Source of the DNA: Psilocybe cubensis
Taxonomy: Eukaryota
Reading direction: 5' to 3'
Length of the DNA stretch: 64,000 bases
Assembly (NCBI GenBank): GCA_017499595.2
Contig: CM039007.1
Coordinates: 1,860,001-1,924,000, forward strand
Shown: positions 31,332 to 44,843 of the stretch, in pieces
Layout of the letters: each line of letters starts with the position of its first letter
How positions within the stretch are numbered: the first letter of the stretch is position 1
Position numbers and translations under genes: made by a program
Notes under the pieces: generated by a model
Seen by the model: the letters and a program-made list of their open reading frames with translations, nothing else
Database searches by the model: none
Told to the model about the DNA's origin: nothing

Positions 31332-33023
31332 CTATAGATCCCTCAACAATCTATAGATGACTTCTTCATTCCTTTTCCACGTCTCTCGCTTGCAAATTTC
31401 GAAGTTTCTCTTACTACGTACCCACCCTCCTTTGACAAGCTTTTTCACTGCGTGTAGTACCTTTGGGTGTGAGCCCAGGGATAAAGCAGCAAAATTGGAT
31501 ATCGGTCCTGTTTCAGCCAGGAATTCCGTAGCATCACCAGTGCGAAGAGCTTTGACCGCCTCAATTTCGCTCATGATTGCTGGACGGGTAATTGTTATCC
31601 TGTCGTCGTCTACATGTGTATAAGCATTTCGAAGCTGTTCCAATGCCAGGATTGGCACCTGCGTCTATGTTTAGAAATTTCTCAGTACTGTAAGAAACGA
31701 AACTCACATTTGACTCCATGCACATCGCAATACTTGAGCTTGCTTGGTATTTGAAATTTATATCATCCTCGCTCAAAAAGGCAGGTATACAGATGTCCAT
31801 TCCACCCATGACCTCATAAAAGTCGGTATAGTTGAGATTGGTATGGAACACAATCAGATTTTTCAGCTCGTCGGGCACTGTTATCCAGCCACTACCGACA
31901 AGGTGAAGCTTGAACGCCGGATCATTTGAGCGCTTATTTTGGATAAAAGAGGGGCCGTTTCCAAATGGTAGATAACCCCATACCTCTGGGTTGGCTATGA
32001 TTGGCTGTGAGTGAGATCAACGCGTCCATAAAGGTTGTGGAAACGTACCGTGAAGGGACGCGTTTAATTCCGAGAATATGCGCGTATAGTCACGCCTATT
32101 GCTATCGAATGACCCTTGAATAACAGCGTTAGACAGCATTCGGGTAGGTGAGAGTTCGGGAAAATGTTGTAAATCCAGTATTGGAATATGGAAGTCAACA
32201 GGGATGTATTCCAATGCGGCTAATTTCAGCGCGGGATCAGCACTGCGTGCATTATTCTGGAATTTGGACCTGAAGGAGCGTGCGACACTGTATGACGGAA
32301 ATTTATTGAAAATTGTTTAAAATTGTATAGTACTGCGTAACTCACTGCTCCGAGATAGTAAGCACTCTAATGGCATTTCGGCGGGACCATTCTGAAATAT
32401 AACCGTGCCATCCATCATCTAAGGCGTTGTGAACAATACAGACGAGTTGAAATTTATGCTGAGCGTCTCGAGCGTCCCATGCTTTTAAAAGGTCGTTGTT
32501 CCAGTTTCGCATGCTATTGAAAGATTAGTTTGAAGTTTTATCATAGGTTAGATACGCACTCAATTTCGCATGTCCCGAGTATGACAAGGTCGAACCCGCC
32601 GTTTACGCTATTATCCATGATATCTTTCGACAGATCCTCGTAGTCTTTCACTGACCCTCGATAGAGGTCATATTTGTCAATTATTGTTTGGAAGTCGAAA
32701 TAGTATGGTGTTGGAGTGTAAAGCTGAACGCTGCCTTGTCGCATCACCCGCTGGAGCGTCCATGCAACCGCCAAATACACATCAAAGTGAAATCCGAAGC
32801 TTGATGCAATGGCGATATTATTACGGATTTGTGGTGACTTGTTCTTCATGAAGTTGAAACGGTCGACAGAGGCCTGAATGGAGGGTGGGATAGTTTCTTG
32901 AAGGACCTCGAAACGCCAGATGGGGAGGAACAGAATGAGCCCAGCTATGATGCCCATTACTACACGGCGACGTGGTGCAAATCTCGCCATACTAGTCCCT
33001 GAATAAATTTTGTAGTCTTCCAT
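31332..33023 (-). CDS. Type II membrane protein, putative GT-B glycosyltransferase-like
   Basis: N-terminal basic patch plus TM (RRRVVMGIIAGLILFLPIW). Lumenal domain has FGFHFDVYLAVAWTL, DLVILGTCE, IQGSFDSNRRDY, DFYEVMGGMDICIPAF, QASSSIAMCMESNVPILA. The GT assignment rests on resemblance only. Confidence 0.6.
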
Positions 33024-33288
33024 TGTATATGGGGCGAAAGTGGAAGTGTCTGATAAAACAAATTCTGTGGTCATGCCCCTGAATGGACGCGTTCTAGTCA
33101 CGTGGACAGAAAGGGTCCATCGGACACACTGAGACCTGTCCAAGACAAATACCATACAAACTCGTACATTTTGGCGAAAAATGAGATAGAATGTAAAGTA
33201 TGCAAGGACATGGAATGTTAAGCACGGATTTTTGCTAAAGGATGTCGATGATTGAAGGTGGTTTTGTATGAACCGTTGCGCCCATCAT

Positions 33289-33717
33289 CTACTTGTCTTT
33301 AATTGGAAAGTCGGAGCCTGTCGCACCCTTGTAACCGCGTCGAATGGCATCGGAGATTTGTTCATCTTTCGCTTGTTCAATAGGGCTTTCGTTGTCCTGA
33401 GGACCTGCACCCAGGACCCTCTCCTGTACCAAATCTACGCCTGAAAAAGAGACAACATCAGTAACGATTATTCTGATACAATAAGTTGGGTGGCATTATG
33501 GTGTATTGACCTTTGTCCAGCAAATCTAGAAGCAAGACAGACTCGATTGATCAGGAAACTCGACAATACCAATGCATTGCAACGTACCTTCGTTTTTTTC
33601 TCCAGCTTGTCCCCCCCCTAACGCGCCGCTGGCTTTGTCCATTAATCCTCCACCGGACCCTGCTGTAGACTGTGTTTCTTTGCTTTGGCCGCCTAGCTGA
33701 TTCTTTAGAATGTTCAT
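33289..33717 (-). CDS. Small hydrophilic stress-type protein (fungal family often annotated DNA-damage-responsive protein 48-like)
   Basis: Three exons: MNILKNQLGG...GGGQAGEKNE / DLLDK / GVDLVQERVLGAGPQDNESPIEQAKDEQISDAIRRGYKGATGSDFPIKDK*. Confidence 0.8.
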
Positions 33718-34655
33718 GGTGGTTGATGCAACTGGAAAGTACAAGATCAGCTGTCCTTTTATACATCCCTACTCAATGACTTAATCATGACGTCTAGAAG
33801 GTTTCAAACCGACGCAAAGTCTTATGTTGAAGTTAAGCGCTCTGCGAAAACGTTGACAAACACTTCAACACTTTCCAAATATACCGACGGTAATCGGTTT
33901 GATGATGAAGAATTGCCCAGACGTTGTGATTAGGGCTGTTCAGTGACGTTGTCAGAGCGCAATGTTTGATTCTATATGACTTATATTAATATTTTCATTA
34001 TGATATACTTCCCTTGGAAATCCGTTTTGAGCTACCTTCCCATGAGACAAACATAAAGCGTACCACCAAAAAAAGCAGTATGTGTAGCCATTGTGTTCTG
34101 AAGTCTCGGACGTTATTCGTAGTATTTGAAGAGCAGCCGTTGGGTTTGTGTCCAAACCTTCGACTTGGGGGGGTAACCAATGACCAAGGAGGTAACGTGA
34201 TAAATGAGTACAAAAAATCGTACGATTTGTTTCCATCATTGAATTCACTTTTACATCGCGAGCAACATGGTATGTATACGTTTACTTTACCCATCGCCTC
34301 TGGATACTTTGTTCTGGTTGTCATTGGCTTCGGAATATCAACGATGTGCTATCAACGGATCGAGCACCTTTTCTCCAGGTGATGCCAAGTTGAATGCATT
34401 TCGCTGTGCACGACTAGCCTGTTTCATTGTCCTTCCAGGCTCTTCCTCCACCTTCTCTGTTGAAACAAGTGTATACTTTCAAAAGCTTGGGAAATGTATC
34501 ATTGACTCTTCAATGACTGGCGGTGGTTCTATCATGTGAGATTCTAGGCCCAACAACAAATTACTTTCCTGCTTGAAATACCTTAGCATGGTCTGTGCTC
34601 CATGATATTTCGTTACAATAATTGGCTAGGAGTTTTGGGATTGCTTCCTAGTCCT

Positions 34656-35027
34656 TCATTCCTTGTGGGTTATCGGTTCCTCGCCCCGGAACAGCGGCCC
34701 AAACCACTCTTCCGCCTCGTCTCTGGACCTGAAGAAACATAATATTGGCATGACGTATTCGCTTTGTTCAACAGAGTCCTCGGAGGCATCACTCCGTATC
34801 TCAAGAGCATGGCGCCCGTCTGCCTTTTTGTCCTGTGTGGTGTATAAGTACCCGCATCTGGACACATCCCCCGTAATAACAGTCATTAAGGCGGCCTGCA
34901 CATAATTGGGTACTTATGAATGTTGCGCCTCTTTCAGACTTGCGGACCCTTTCCCTGCACCTACACCCGGAGTGACGACTGGCGATGATCGTTTGTTATC
35001 GTCTTTGTTCCTTTCTTTGCCTGTCAT
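34656..35027 (-). pseudogene. Possible interrupted gene fragment of unknown family
   Basis: The frame MTGKERNKDD...EAQHS*VPNYVQAALMTVITGD...PILCFFRSRDEAEEWFGPLF has one in-frame TAA at 34914-34916. It looks protein-like but is unrecognised. Confidence 0.25.
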
Positions 35028-38000
35028 GCGAGGGAAAATGAGGCGGTTTATTACCAATAGCTTCTTTCCCCGCAATCTTGTCAGGTTCATACTACCTCCA
35101 CTTGCTTCCTCAATATTCCCCGCGTATCGTTCCGTCCATCAATCTCAATTACCGCCGCGTTGTCACGCAGCCCAACGCCCGGCCGGCCTCGCTAACCAAT
35201 GCGGCGAATATCAACGAATATTCATGTCAGATGATAACGGATAATATTCGATATTTGCGACGCGAATAATTTATTAACCTTTAATGTAGGTGTGTAAAAG
35301 AAGTGCCTGTGAATGTCTACTTATCTCTCTATCTTTCTCGACGTCGAGTAAAACCGCAAATGCGTCGAGGAGTCGACCAAATTGTGAACTAGTTAGTAGG
35401 CATGATCTGTAAGGCGCGTTGCTTTTCTATTAACTCAAATGGCTGATGCTTGTATTTTCCTCACAATTCCTTTAATTTGTAGATAATTTTCTTCAGAAAT
35501 TGCAAATTACAACATCAATCTTTTAGGAACGTTTCGGCCATAGAATTGGTCGCAATAAAGATTATCTGGAATAAGGAGAAAATAGCCTTGCTTTTATTTA
35601 TTCTGGAAGTATACTGGAAAACATAGAAAGGTCGCAGATTTCCCGCGATTTTGCTCTCCACACGCTACCCAGCGCAAAGGCACTTCTGCTGATGGGACAA
35701 AGGAAGTTCGGACCGAATTGGAAAATGTCAAACGACACTGTGGTCTCGGTTCGCCCATGGATAAATCGGGATTTGGGCCTGGGTACCGTGACCGCGATGT
35801 AGCCTCCAGCTTCCTTTGCAACTCCTCCAGGCAGTCTTCTCTCAGATGCGCGCATAGGTCTTATGCTCAGCTGGTGTGTATGATGATAATACATCACCCC
35901 GAATTCTTCTAGGCTCTTTGATGAAATGTCTTGGACGTCTTACAACTTGAACCCTCGAGCTCAATGGATCCAACGAAATTTGCTTCAATTATGCTTGCTG
36001 GTATTCAACACTTGGATTGCCTCGACTAAGTGAGCTGCTTGCTGAGATGGATTCTTTACTTTGTATTCATTGTGGGTGATGCAACCCTTGGTATGTGTCG
36101 TACGACGTTGTTTCTCTTCTGTTATAGCACATAGGGTGGAACCGCAATGGGGTACTCTAAAAAAAGGACTATCGGTGCTGTGAGAAGCATACAGGACCAA
36201 AGCTAAACTGACCTTGGGCAGTCATAGATGCCTTTCGAAGCTTCAAGACATGTCAAACTTCGAAGACATCTACCTAGATCTGGTCGACACGAACTATGCC
36301 GGCGTTTGCCAGTTATATAACTGTTGTTCCTCGTCATACTCTGGTTTCAAATTGTTTTTAAATATTGAACATACTGGTATGTGCAACATATTTGTCTGGA
36401 ACAGCAAATACAGTGACAAAATAGTTTTCCCCCTCTCATTCTACCTAAGCACATATCTTTGGACGAAATTCTCGATTGGAGGACCTTGCAAGTCTATCTT
36501 GGGAAATAAAATCCCCAATCAACGGTATCATGCATTCAAGATCATCGTTTTTCCAGAAGCAGAGCGTGACATCTGGAGAAGATACAAAAGCAGACAGCCT
36601 CCCGGTGTAAAAATAAATACAATTTCAGAAGGAGGTATGAGGTGCTTGAAGGCGATTTTCTGATAAGGGGCAACCGCTTGCGACGAGGGCGCGAACACGA
36701 AGTCCGTGAGACTCTCAACCGGAGGTCTGATGCTTCCTTGCATACATATGATATGTAGTTGAATGGCAGATGCGAAGAGCGTTGGAGACTGATTGGAGAA
36801 GATAGTGTGTTTACCCTCGCTACCTAGGCATACTTATCATGCGATTGAAATCAGTCCTGATAGAAGACGTTTGATGTTATTCATACGGAGAGAATGATAA
36901 CTGTACGTACACAGTAGCCACAGTGTTGTTGTGTCGTCTGTGCGGAGATTGGCCTCAAGGCTCTGGACTCTGGAGACGACCAAGTGGCGTGGAAATGACT
37001 GAGAGATGAGAACGATGGCGGTGAAAATAACTTACCCACGTTATTCCATTGGCAATCCGCAGCAAGCCAGGCCATTTGAGTCGACGATCACTTTATTTAC
37101 CATGATGAGAAATTTGGGGGTAACGTTCAAATGAAGATTGATACGGTGAAAGAAAATAAGCAAAGTCACTCCATGGTCAAGTGAGGTGGTGTAGATATTT
37201 GGGGCGACTCCAATTGCCTTACACTTCAACCGATACCAAGATAGTAGATAATATGGAGATTTGCAGCAGCAAGTTTACATGAGTACTTCCGATGTCCGTG
37301 ACATGTATCTTGTACTAGTCTTTTTCCTACAGACGTCTGAGAGAATGATATGATGATTGGGGTTGTTTCCAGAGACAGACGCTTCCTAGCACATGTTTTG
37401 TCCAATGAGCTTCCGGAGACAGCGTCTCGGTTTTCAGGTTTGGTATCCTTTGTGTATCGGCTTGTATCAGGTCAATGGTGGGAGCTAGCGTTCACAGGCG
37501 ATCTTGGGGTGGACCGGCCAAACACCGAGAGGCTCGGAGGCAACTTGTGCATATCACTGTATAATCCGTTTCGGACCATATTCGTCTGGTACACGTACAA
37601 GGCAAAAAACGATGCATTGTCGAAGGCCCCTTAAAGGAGATGTTGCCCGGTTATTATATTTTGGTGTATATACACATTCGAACAGGCTTTGACCTTGACA
37701 AAAGCACTAAACGTGGTTGACGCCGTGTGTGACTTTTAATCCGTGATTTTCCACTTGAAGTATTGTTTGACGAGTAGCGGCGGAAATGAATGACAGCTGG
37801 AGGGAATAGGGAATCATTTTTGAACTTTGGTGCCAGGTAAATAGACATAATGACGAGCTATGTTTCCATACAGATGCATAGCCATCTGATCATGCTAGAC
37901 TGTTGGGCGTCCCGTTAGATGCATTAGCGATATAGGTTGTAATTTATTAGGCTCCAAAGGATGCTGCAGCACCCGAGAGCGCACGCTTCAGGCAGCATTG

Positions 38001-41000
38001 GTTGAGCCGGTATTCTTGTTCGGGTACGGATGCCTCCAGTGCCAACGAAGCCCTATGACGACGCAACATGTAAGGAGTGCCTGGATGAGCAGTGTCCTAA
38101 CGTCATTCTACGTTTATTTATATCTCCGAGTCCGATGTATTGCCATGCCTGAAAGAATGCAGACCGTAGGCATTGCGTACTATAAATAGGTTGTACCCTT
38201 GTAACTTACTAGCAATGACTCTAATAAGCGTGGTTTCTGCCTCTTGATGTACTTGGCAAAGGCTAGAAGTAGTACAGAAGCAAGCGGCACAGTAGCTTAT
38301 GAGAAGTCGGACATTCATTCATGTCGGCGATAGATAGAGGGCGAGGTAGAGAGCTGCCGTCACGGGCTTGTCAGACGTTTATTTATAGACGTCGCATTAT
38401 CTCGGCTTAGTAGTTTGGGATACGTGAGACGGGCAGCTGAAGCGCCGAAGGATGAGCATTGTTAAGTTTAATCTTGAGTGAAGATTATCGCCCTGTACGC
38501 CAAGCTGCTTAGAGAAGAGCGCAGCCAATGGACATCGAACCCTATTTCCTCTCTCTGAATTCTATGCTGTCGGGGTATGTGATATACTCAAAGGTAAACT
38601 TCAAAAGATTACATATATAAACATGTTCTGTGAAGCTACAGGTTGACATTTTAGTCATTCTCTTCATTTTCACGGGAATTTTGAGTCTCTAAGAACATCA
38701 TACAACCTGTGGCAACATAAATCTCCATGTAGCTCTTCTCGGTCAGAAAGGATGTACCATAGGATCATTGAATGATAGCAAACTTTGGGCGATTGGGTCT
38801 ACAGACATATCTAGAATCTTGAAAGAGGAAGCCGGGGAATGGAGCATTTAGATTGAGTTAGTTAGAGTGAATGAGTATATCAATGAAAAGTTAAAAGCAA
38901 GACTGAGAGCTTGTGATACCTCTAAATGCGGATGATTGGGCGATTCCAGCGGCCGTTTAATGGGACCAGTACTTGGAGCTATCCTTCACAGTGTAATATA
39001 CATGACCTCTAAGTCCAGACCCGTCTTCAGCTTTTACCATTTTGTGTGTGCGTACGTAGTAGGTCAAGATGATCAACAACACTCGTCGGAGCGGAAGGAT
39101 CTTCCGACACAGTCGAAAAAGTAGAAACCGATGTCTCCGGTGCTGCGTGGGGCTGATACGAGCTGGCTGAATTTGAGGACCTCATGTGAGCTTCGGGTGA
39201 TTCAAGGATTTCTGTGCAATTTCAAAATTCAAATTCTTTGGGAGAACAACGATATCTAGTAGATTGCGTAGCTCACTGATAAAATGCCTTGTGACCGACT
39301 GGAGCCGACTCGTCCGAGGTACAAGCGTTCTCGTCGAGGGGTGAATTCGATTGGATAGATGAAAGCATTATTCTACAGTGCTTACGGTCTCCGTCAAATA
39401 AATACGAATACGAGAGACACAACTGATGGAAGATCAAAACATCAAAAGGGTTATTGACTTTATAGGGGTAAGTAAGGCTGTAAGGGGAGGCATTTCAAAA
39501 ACGGTCGGACGGCGACGTCATTTTTCATATCGTGTCGCGCACGGATGACGGGAGTGAACGGCGCAAGTCAAATACCATAAGCGCAAAACGACGAGCCCTT
39601 TGTGCAAGCCTTTTGTGACCCGGCCTCTCCGGGAGGCGGCCGTCACCTCCGCCTGCAACAGCACCTCCGTCGGCGAGAGGGCTCATGAAATTGCCACAGG
39701 CGCCGGGACCTGCTTTTGGACTTAGTAGGCGTCTGGCATCATCACGCCTCATATCAAATCGAATAAGTCCACATAAACGTATGGCAACAAATTAAACTGA
39801 ACGCACCTCTCAAAGGACGAACTCCTTATTGCGGCTGCCGTCGCGTATTTAACTAAGTCCATATCATAATCACATCAATTTTTTTCAAAGCCAGATGATG
39901 GCATATGTTCGGGTGGGCCTTGCCAGCAAGTTGAAGGTTTGAAAGGCAGCCTTCTGATTCTGACCGTTTCTGACGGCTCATGACTGCGCGGGGAACGTCC
40001 GCCGCGTGCCAGGGCCTCGACGCGAAAGTCTATTTTTTGTCCATTTTTTACCCCCCCATTTTACAGTGGGTGACACGAGGAATCGTTACCTTCCTCTCGG
40101 ACCGCATAGGACATTTGTAAAGTCACCAATGGCAGCGCGTGGGTTTGTGTCATGCGTGGGCAGACCGCGCGCGCACTGGCAACCTGGGTGCGCTTCGCCG
40201 TTTGGAGGATGGACCCACGCCAAGAGCGCCACAATCAGGTTTGATTCCCATCGTACTCAGGCTTGTTAAGAGCTTGTAGCAAATACTGATAGTATTTCAG
40301 TATCGGAAATAGACCCTCGAGGAATTGAGTGTCCATGCGCAGTCGAGGTGATGTGGGGTGGGAGTTGGCATACTAATACGTGTATAGCGTACCATGCACA
40401 CGATGAATAGGCGGCGCGAGTGTTAGTAGACGTGAACTTGGAAGTTTCATTGAAGAGTCGTTATCTAGTAGCTAGGGGCCTGACCTTTCATATTGGTTTC
40501 ATTTTCTGTTACCAGCTCACTCCTGACTTTGTACAGTTGTATGATACCACAAAACGGGGGCTCCTGTAATAACATGCTCGCGTTTATTACTATCACCTTT
40601 ACACAATCGTCTTTATCTTTACCTTTTTATCTTTATCTCTTTACAACCGAATAAAGGGAATTACGAGCGCGGGCGTGGGCGTGTCAACTTTCGAGAATGC
40701 CAAAAACACACACAGCAAAAGAAGCTGGTTGTGCATTGGAGTGGGAAAAAAAGTGTCATTCCGAATCGGAGACTCGTGCAACATGGCTATCATATGCAAC
40801 TTGGGTATTTTACTTGGTTCAAATTCCTCCGAAATTCGAAAAATTCGAAGATGCGACGATCAAGGTGGGTCCCCATAACGAGATTCTGATTCAGTTGGTG
40901 GCGCAGGATGGGAAAGCAAAAAGATTGTTCAAGTTGTTTACCACACTAAGGAGTGAGAATTGGGTTGAAGAGTACCAGGCCTACCCCTGGTACTCGATGT

Positions 41001-44000
41001 TTATTCTTGTCTACCCCACAGCTTCGAATGTGCCTTATAATTAAATGTGTGTATTAGCGTGTAGTTGAGGCAATGAATTCGCAATCACGTTCGCATTCGC
41101 ATTCTCATTCTCATGCCAGTGCCGGGCTCTACCGCAGATACAACCTGAGGATGACATAAATTAATTAAGACCTTGCACTGCCCTGGTGGAAAAACGGCAT
41201 AAGGTCCCAGCTGGAACGAAAATCCGACTTCTAATGGAAATTCTCCTCTATGACAATGTCGAGAGGGCATAATATATTCAAATACGTAGTGAAATACGTA
41301 CTGCTACACTTCGTTCAAGTTGAAAGAAAATTATAATAATTCACAGATGTCATCATAATACAGTGTAACTGTCCAACGTTCAGCATTCGCAATCGCTGCG
41401 CAACTCCGACAAAAATGACAGTCTTTGAATTATAACACAAACACATGCCAGGCTTCTTTTCTAGATTCTATCTACCATGAGCCTCACCAGCCTCCGAGTT
41501 GTCTGCCCCCGTCAGCAACTCGGAGAATAGTGGTCAAATAATGCCAGGGCTGTCAGTCATCGCCACCGTCACCGTCCAACGCATAGTAATACTGCTCTTT
41601 CAATCTTCCATTCCCCGAAGCGTTCCACAGTGTGTGTGTGCGAGATATGGATTGGATTCTAAATTCGCTTTAATCAATTGTTGACCCCGGTGGTGTTTCA
41701 GAGAATTTGTCCGATGCGCCGTGGAACTGATCAAGCGGTCTGTAAGGAATTTCTTTTCGGTGCTGTTTACGCCAAAGATCATTTATGTCCTTCAATGGTA
41801 ATTGTAATACTGTAAGATGTTGAACGCCCCAGTGACTTGGGTCAAAATGAGTACAGGCGCACATGGCGTAGATAAAGACAATGTCCGGACGGGGGATCAT
41901 AAATACAATTTGTACTGTGACACTGTACACGGCGGAACGCCGTTTATTGAACCAATTCAAGATGAAGTCTGGATGTGTGTCAGTGAGAAGAGAAGTCTTT
42001 TTCGAGAACGAAGGGATGTATGTAGCTCAGGCTCGTTCCCTGCCTTGAAGAAAAAGTTGTATGTTTGCGCATACGCAGTAGGAACCTCCATTTTTCTGTT
42101 AGTGGTTCTCATACGGATCTTCTGGTAGACAATGTTCTTGATCTTCAAGTTCTTCTGTTGGGATGGGACATTCACTACAATATCCTGTTATAAACTTCTC
42201 TCGTTCTCTCTTATCGTATAGAACTCGCGCACTTCAATAGAGTACATAGTGATCGACGAACATGTGGCTATAGCGCAGCTCTGAACCAGCGGTTCTGCGC
42301 AGCGGACTCGGGGTTCCGTGCACAAAGTCAATTAAAAAAGGAAGTACAAGAAGGGTGAACTGGGACTCGGACTCACACTGACCGTAAAGCATATTGTATA
42401 TAGTACTCTCAAATACCCAGTGCGCTATTACACTCCGAGTTTGTTATTGAGGTGCACACATTTTTTTATCTAATGCGGCTACAGTGATAAACACGTATCG
42501 TAATTAAGCAGCAGCAACGGGCCAGCAGCGTGTATCATGATTATATGATCACAAATCCGTCCATCGCGCATCGTGCATTGTGCATCCCATTCGTGTCGAT
42601 GCGCATCCATCTTATCGACCTTGCGAAAACCTTCACATTCGCATTCGCCATTGTGATCGCACATCATCCCAACAAGCGCCTGTACCATCTTCCATCCCAT
42701 CACATTTAAGTTATTGATTCTAAGTCTTACTCCGAGTCCGAGTCGGAGTCTTTTCGGGATATAAATAGAACAGACCTTGTCCGAGTCAATGCGTTGTCCC
42801 TTTCGGTTGCATTTGCATTTGCATTGTACAATGTATCGTATGGGCTGCTTTCCCTTTATGATTTTCTTAAAAGCCGCATTGGGTCCTTTTACGAACAGAG
42901 TTTATAGGATTATTCCCGGCTTGACTTTGGTGATGGGATGGGGACAGAATTTGAATCGGGTTGATGCAACTTCAATGTGATTGAATCGAAAAGCGAGAGC
43001 TTGAGAAGAGGAGGAGAATTTAGGACTGAGGAAGACCTAAGGCCTGAGGCCTGAGGCATGAATGCCTTGTGAATCTCTGGGCTGTAGATGGGTGGTTGAG
43101 TTGCCGGTCCAGGATGGACAACATCGACGTGGTTTTGGACAATGACATCGACATGCCAAGGCCTACAGCTGGAGCGATTGATTCGAACTCGACGGCGCGA
43201 AGCCGAGTGTCCACTGTCTAGTATATATATAGTATATATAAGGATATCGCATTTCCGCATTTGACCTCCTCCTCCACCTTCACCTTCCTCTCCTCCCTTG
43301 CTTGCTTGCTTCCTTGTTTCCCCGATCAGCTGCATTGACTCTTCTCTTTGAGCGGTGTGGTGCTGCACGGCAGGATGCGTGCGATGCGATGCGATGGGGT
43401 GGGCTTGGCTTGGCGGGTTCTAACTTCTTAGCGTAATAAGTAAGTGCGTTGCACTACGCTGGGACTGGGACTGGGATTGGAGTTGGGATTATTGAAGGGC
43501 GTGCAAGTATACCCATTTCCGAATATTTCTGGTGTGGTGCGCCTGGCCCCGGCGCCGTGCCAGCTCCACTTGCATGCATGTATATACGCACTATGCACTG
43601 CACGCGCGTCGCGCGTCATGTCAATATCCGAATACGTGCATTACGCTCGTCGGTGTGTTGTATTTAATTACTCGTAATAACACAGTGAAATAATTAGTAA
43701 CTCCACTTTTCGTGGGTTGAGTATGTAAATGTAATTACCGGCGATGCGAGGTTCGTCGGTAGACCGTAGACAATGGATGGGTCGACGGACGTTGGACGTT
43801 GGACATACGATAGACCGGGTATGAGGCCTGAGGCCTGAAGCCTGACAGCTTCCGTCGCCCATCGGAGGTCATAATCATTATAATGAGCTGAGACCGGCGG
43901 AGTGGGTTGGTCTCCAGACACGATGCCCACGACATCCGTGTCCGTGTCCACGTCAACGTCAACGGGCACTGGCAATCTCCAGAGCAGAGCGGCGTTGGCC

Positions 44001-44134
44001 GCAAGGAAGTGAGTGAGTAAGTGAGTATCGTTGACATCTAAATCCACTCAGGTGAATCATCTATTCTGCTTAACTAATCTCATGATACACCGGGCGATAG
44101 TGTAAGTGTAAGTGTAGCACACTATAGTAGTACC

Positions 44135-44843
44135 AGGACCCGGGAAGCTCCCCTATAAGCATGTCCGCCTGGGATCCCAATTTTTGCCCTCAAATCCGCG
44201 AGATTTTTGGGCTGAAATCCGCGAAACCGGACAATGCCCGATAGGGGCTTTCCCGATTAGGAATTTTTTTCAGCCCTGCGGGGCGAGCTTGCAAAACCAC
44301 TCGACGGCTCGACAAGTCATTAATTGATTGCAAAAGAAACATATGGAATAGATATTTAAACTACAGGCCTCGAGGGGAAGGATTTTGAGGAGGTGGAACC
44401 TCCATTACTAGTTATCGGGATAGTGAAGAAATATGTCAGAGTAGCAGAGAAAAGACGTCTTCAAGTTTCACCAATATGCTGTATATAGGAAATGTAACCT
44501 TGCTTCGATTTACTACTGTGCGTTTCCGTTGATTTCCATCGTCTACCGCTCTTAGATAATAGACGCTGGCCAATCATTGCAATCTAAGCGGGATCCCGGC
44601 CCCAAATTTGGCCAACAATTAGCTGCATCTGGGAAAAAATGGTTGCGGCATGCCGCCTTTGAACAATTACTATAGAAGTTTTTTAAAAATATGGACCTCA
44701 AATCCGCCAAACCGGACTTAGTTTGGCCAAAATTTTGCCTGCGGAGCCCTCAAATCCGCGAGAACTGGACAAAGAAATTGCCATTTTTTGGCCTCAAATC
44801 CGCGAAAATCCGGACATGCCTGTACGGGAGCTTCCCGGGTCCT
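44135..44843. mobile_element. Non-autonomous TIR DNA transposon (MITE-like, ~710 bp)
   Basis: Perfect terminal inverted repeat AGGACCCGGGAAGCTCCC...GGGAGCTTCCCGGGTCCT extends imperfectly to CATGTCCG. Flanking direct repeat GTAGTACC at 44127-44134 and 44844-44851. Five subterminal CCTCAAATCCGCGA-like repeats. No transposase ORF. Confidence 0.9.

Noticed and set aside
35985-39400. Scattered short coding-like stretches
   Set aside because: They could not be joined into a gene model or assigned to a family by eye.
44188-44815. Spaced direct repeats superficially like a CRISPR array
   Set aside because: Eukaryotic context, irregular spacing and position inside TIRs identify them as transposon subterminal repeats.
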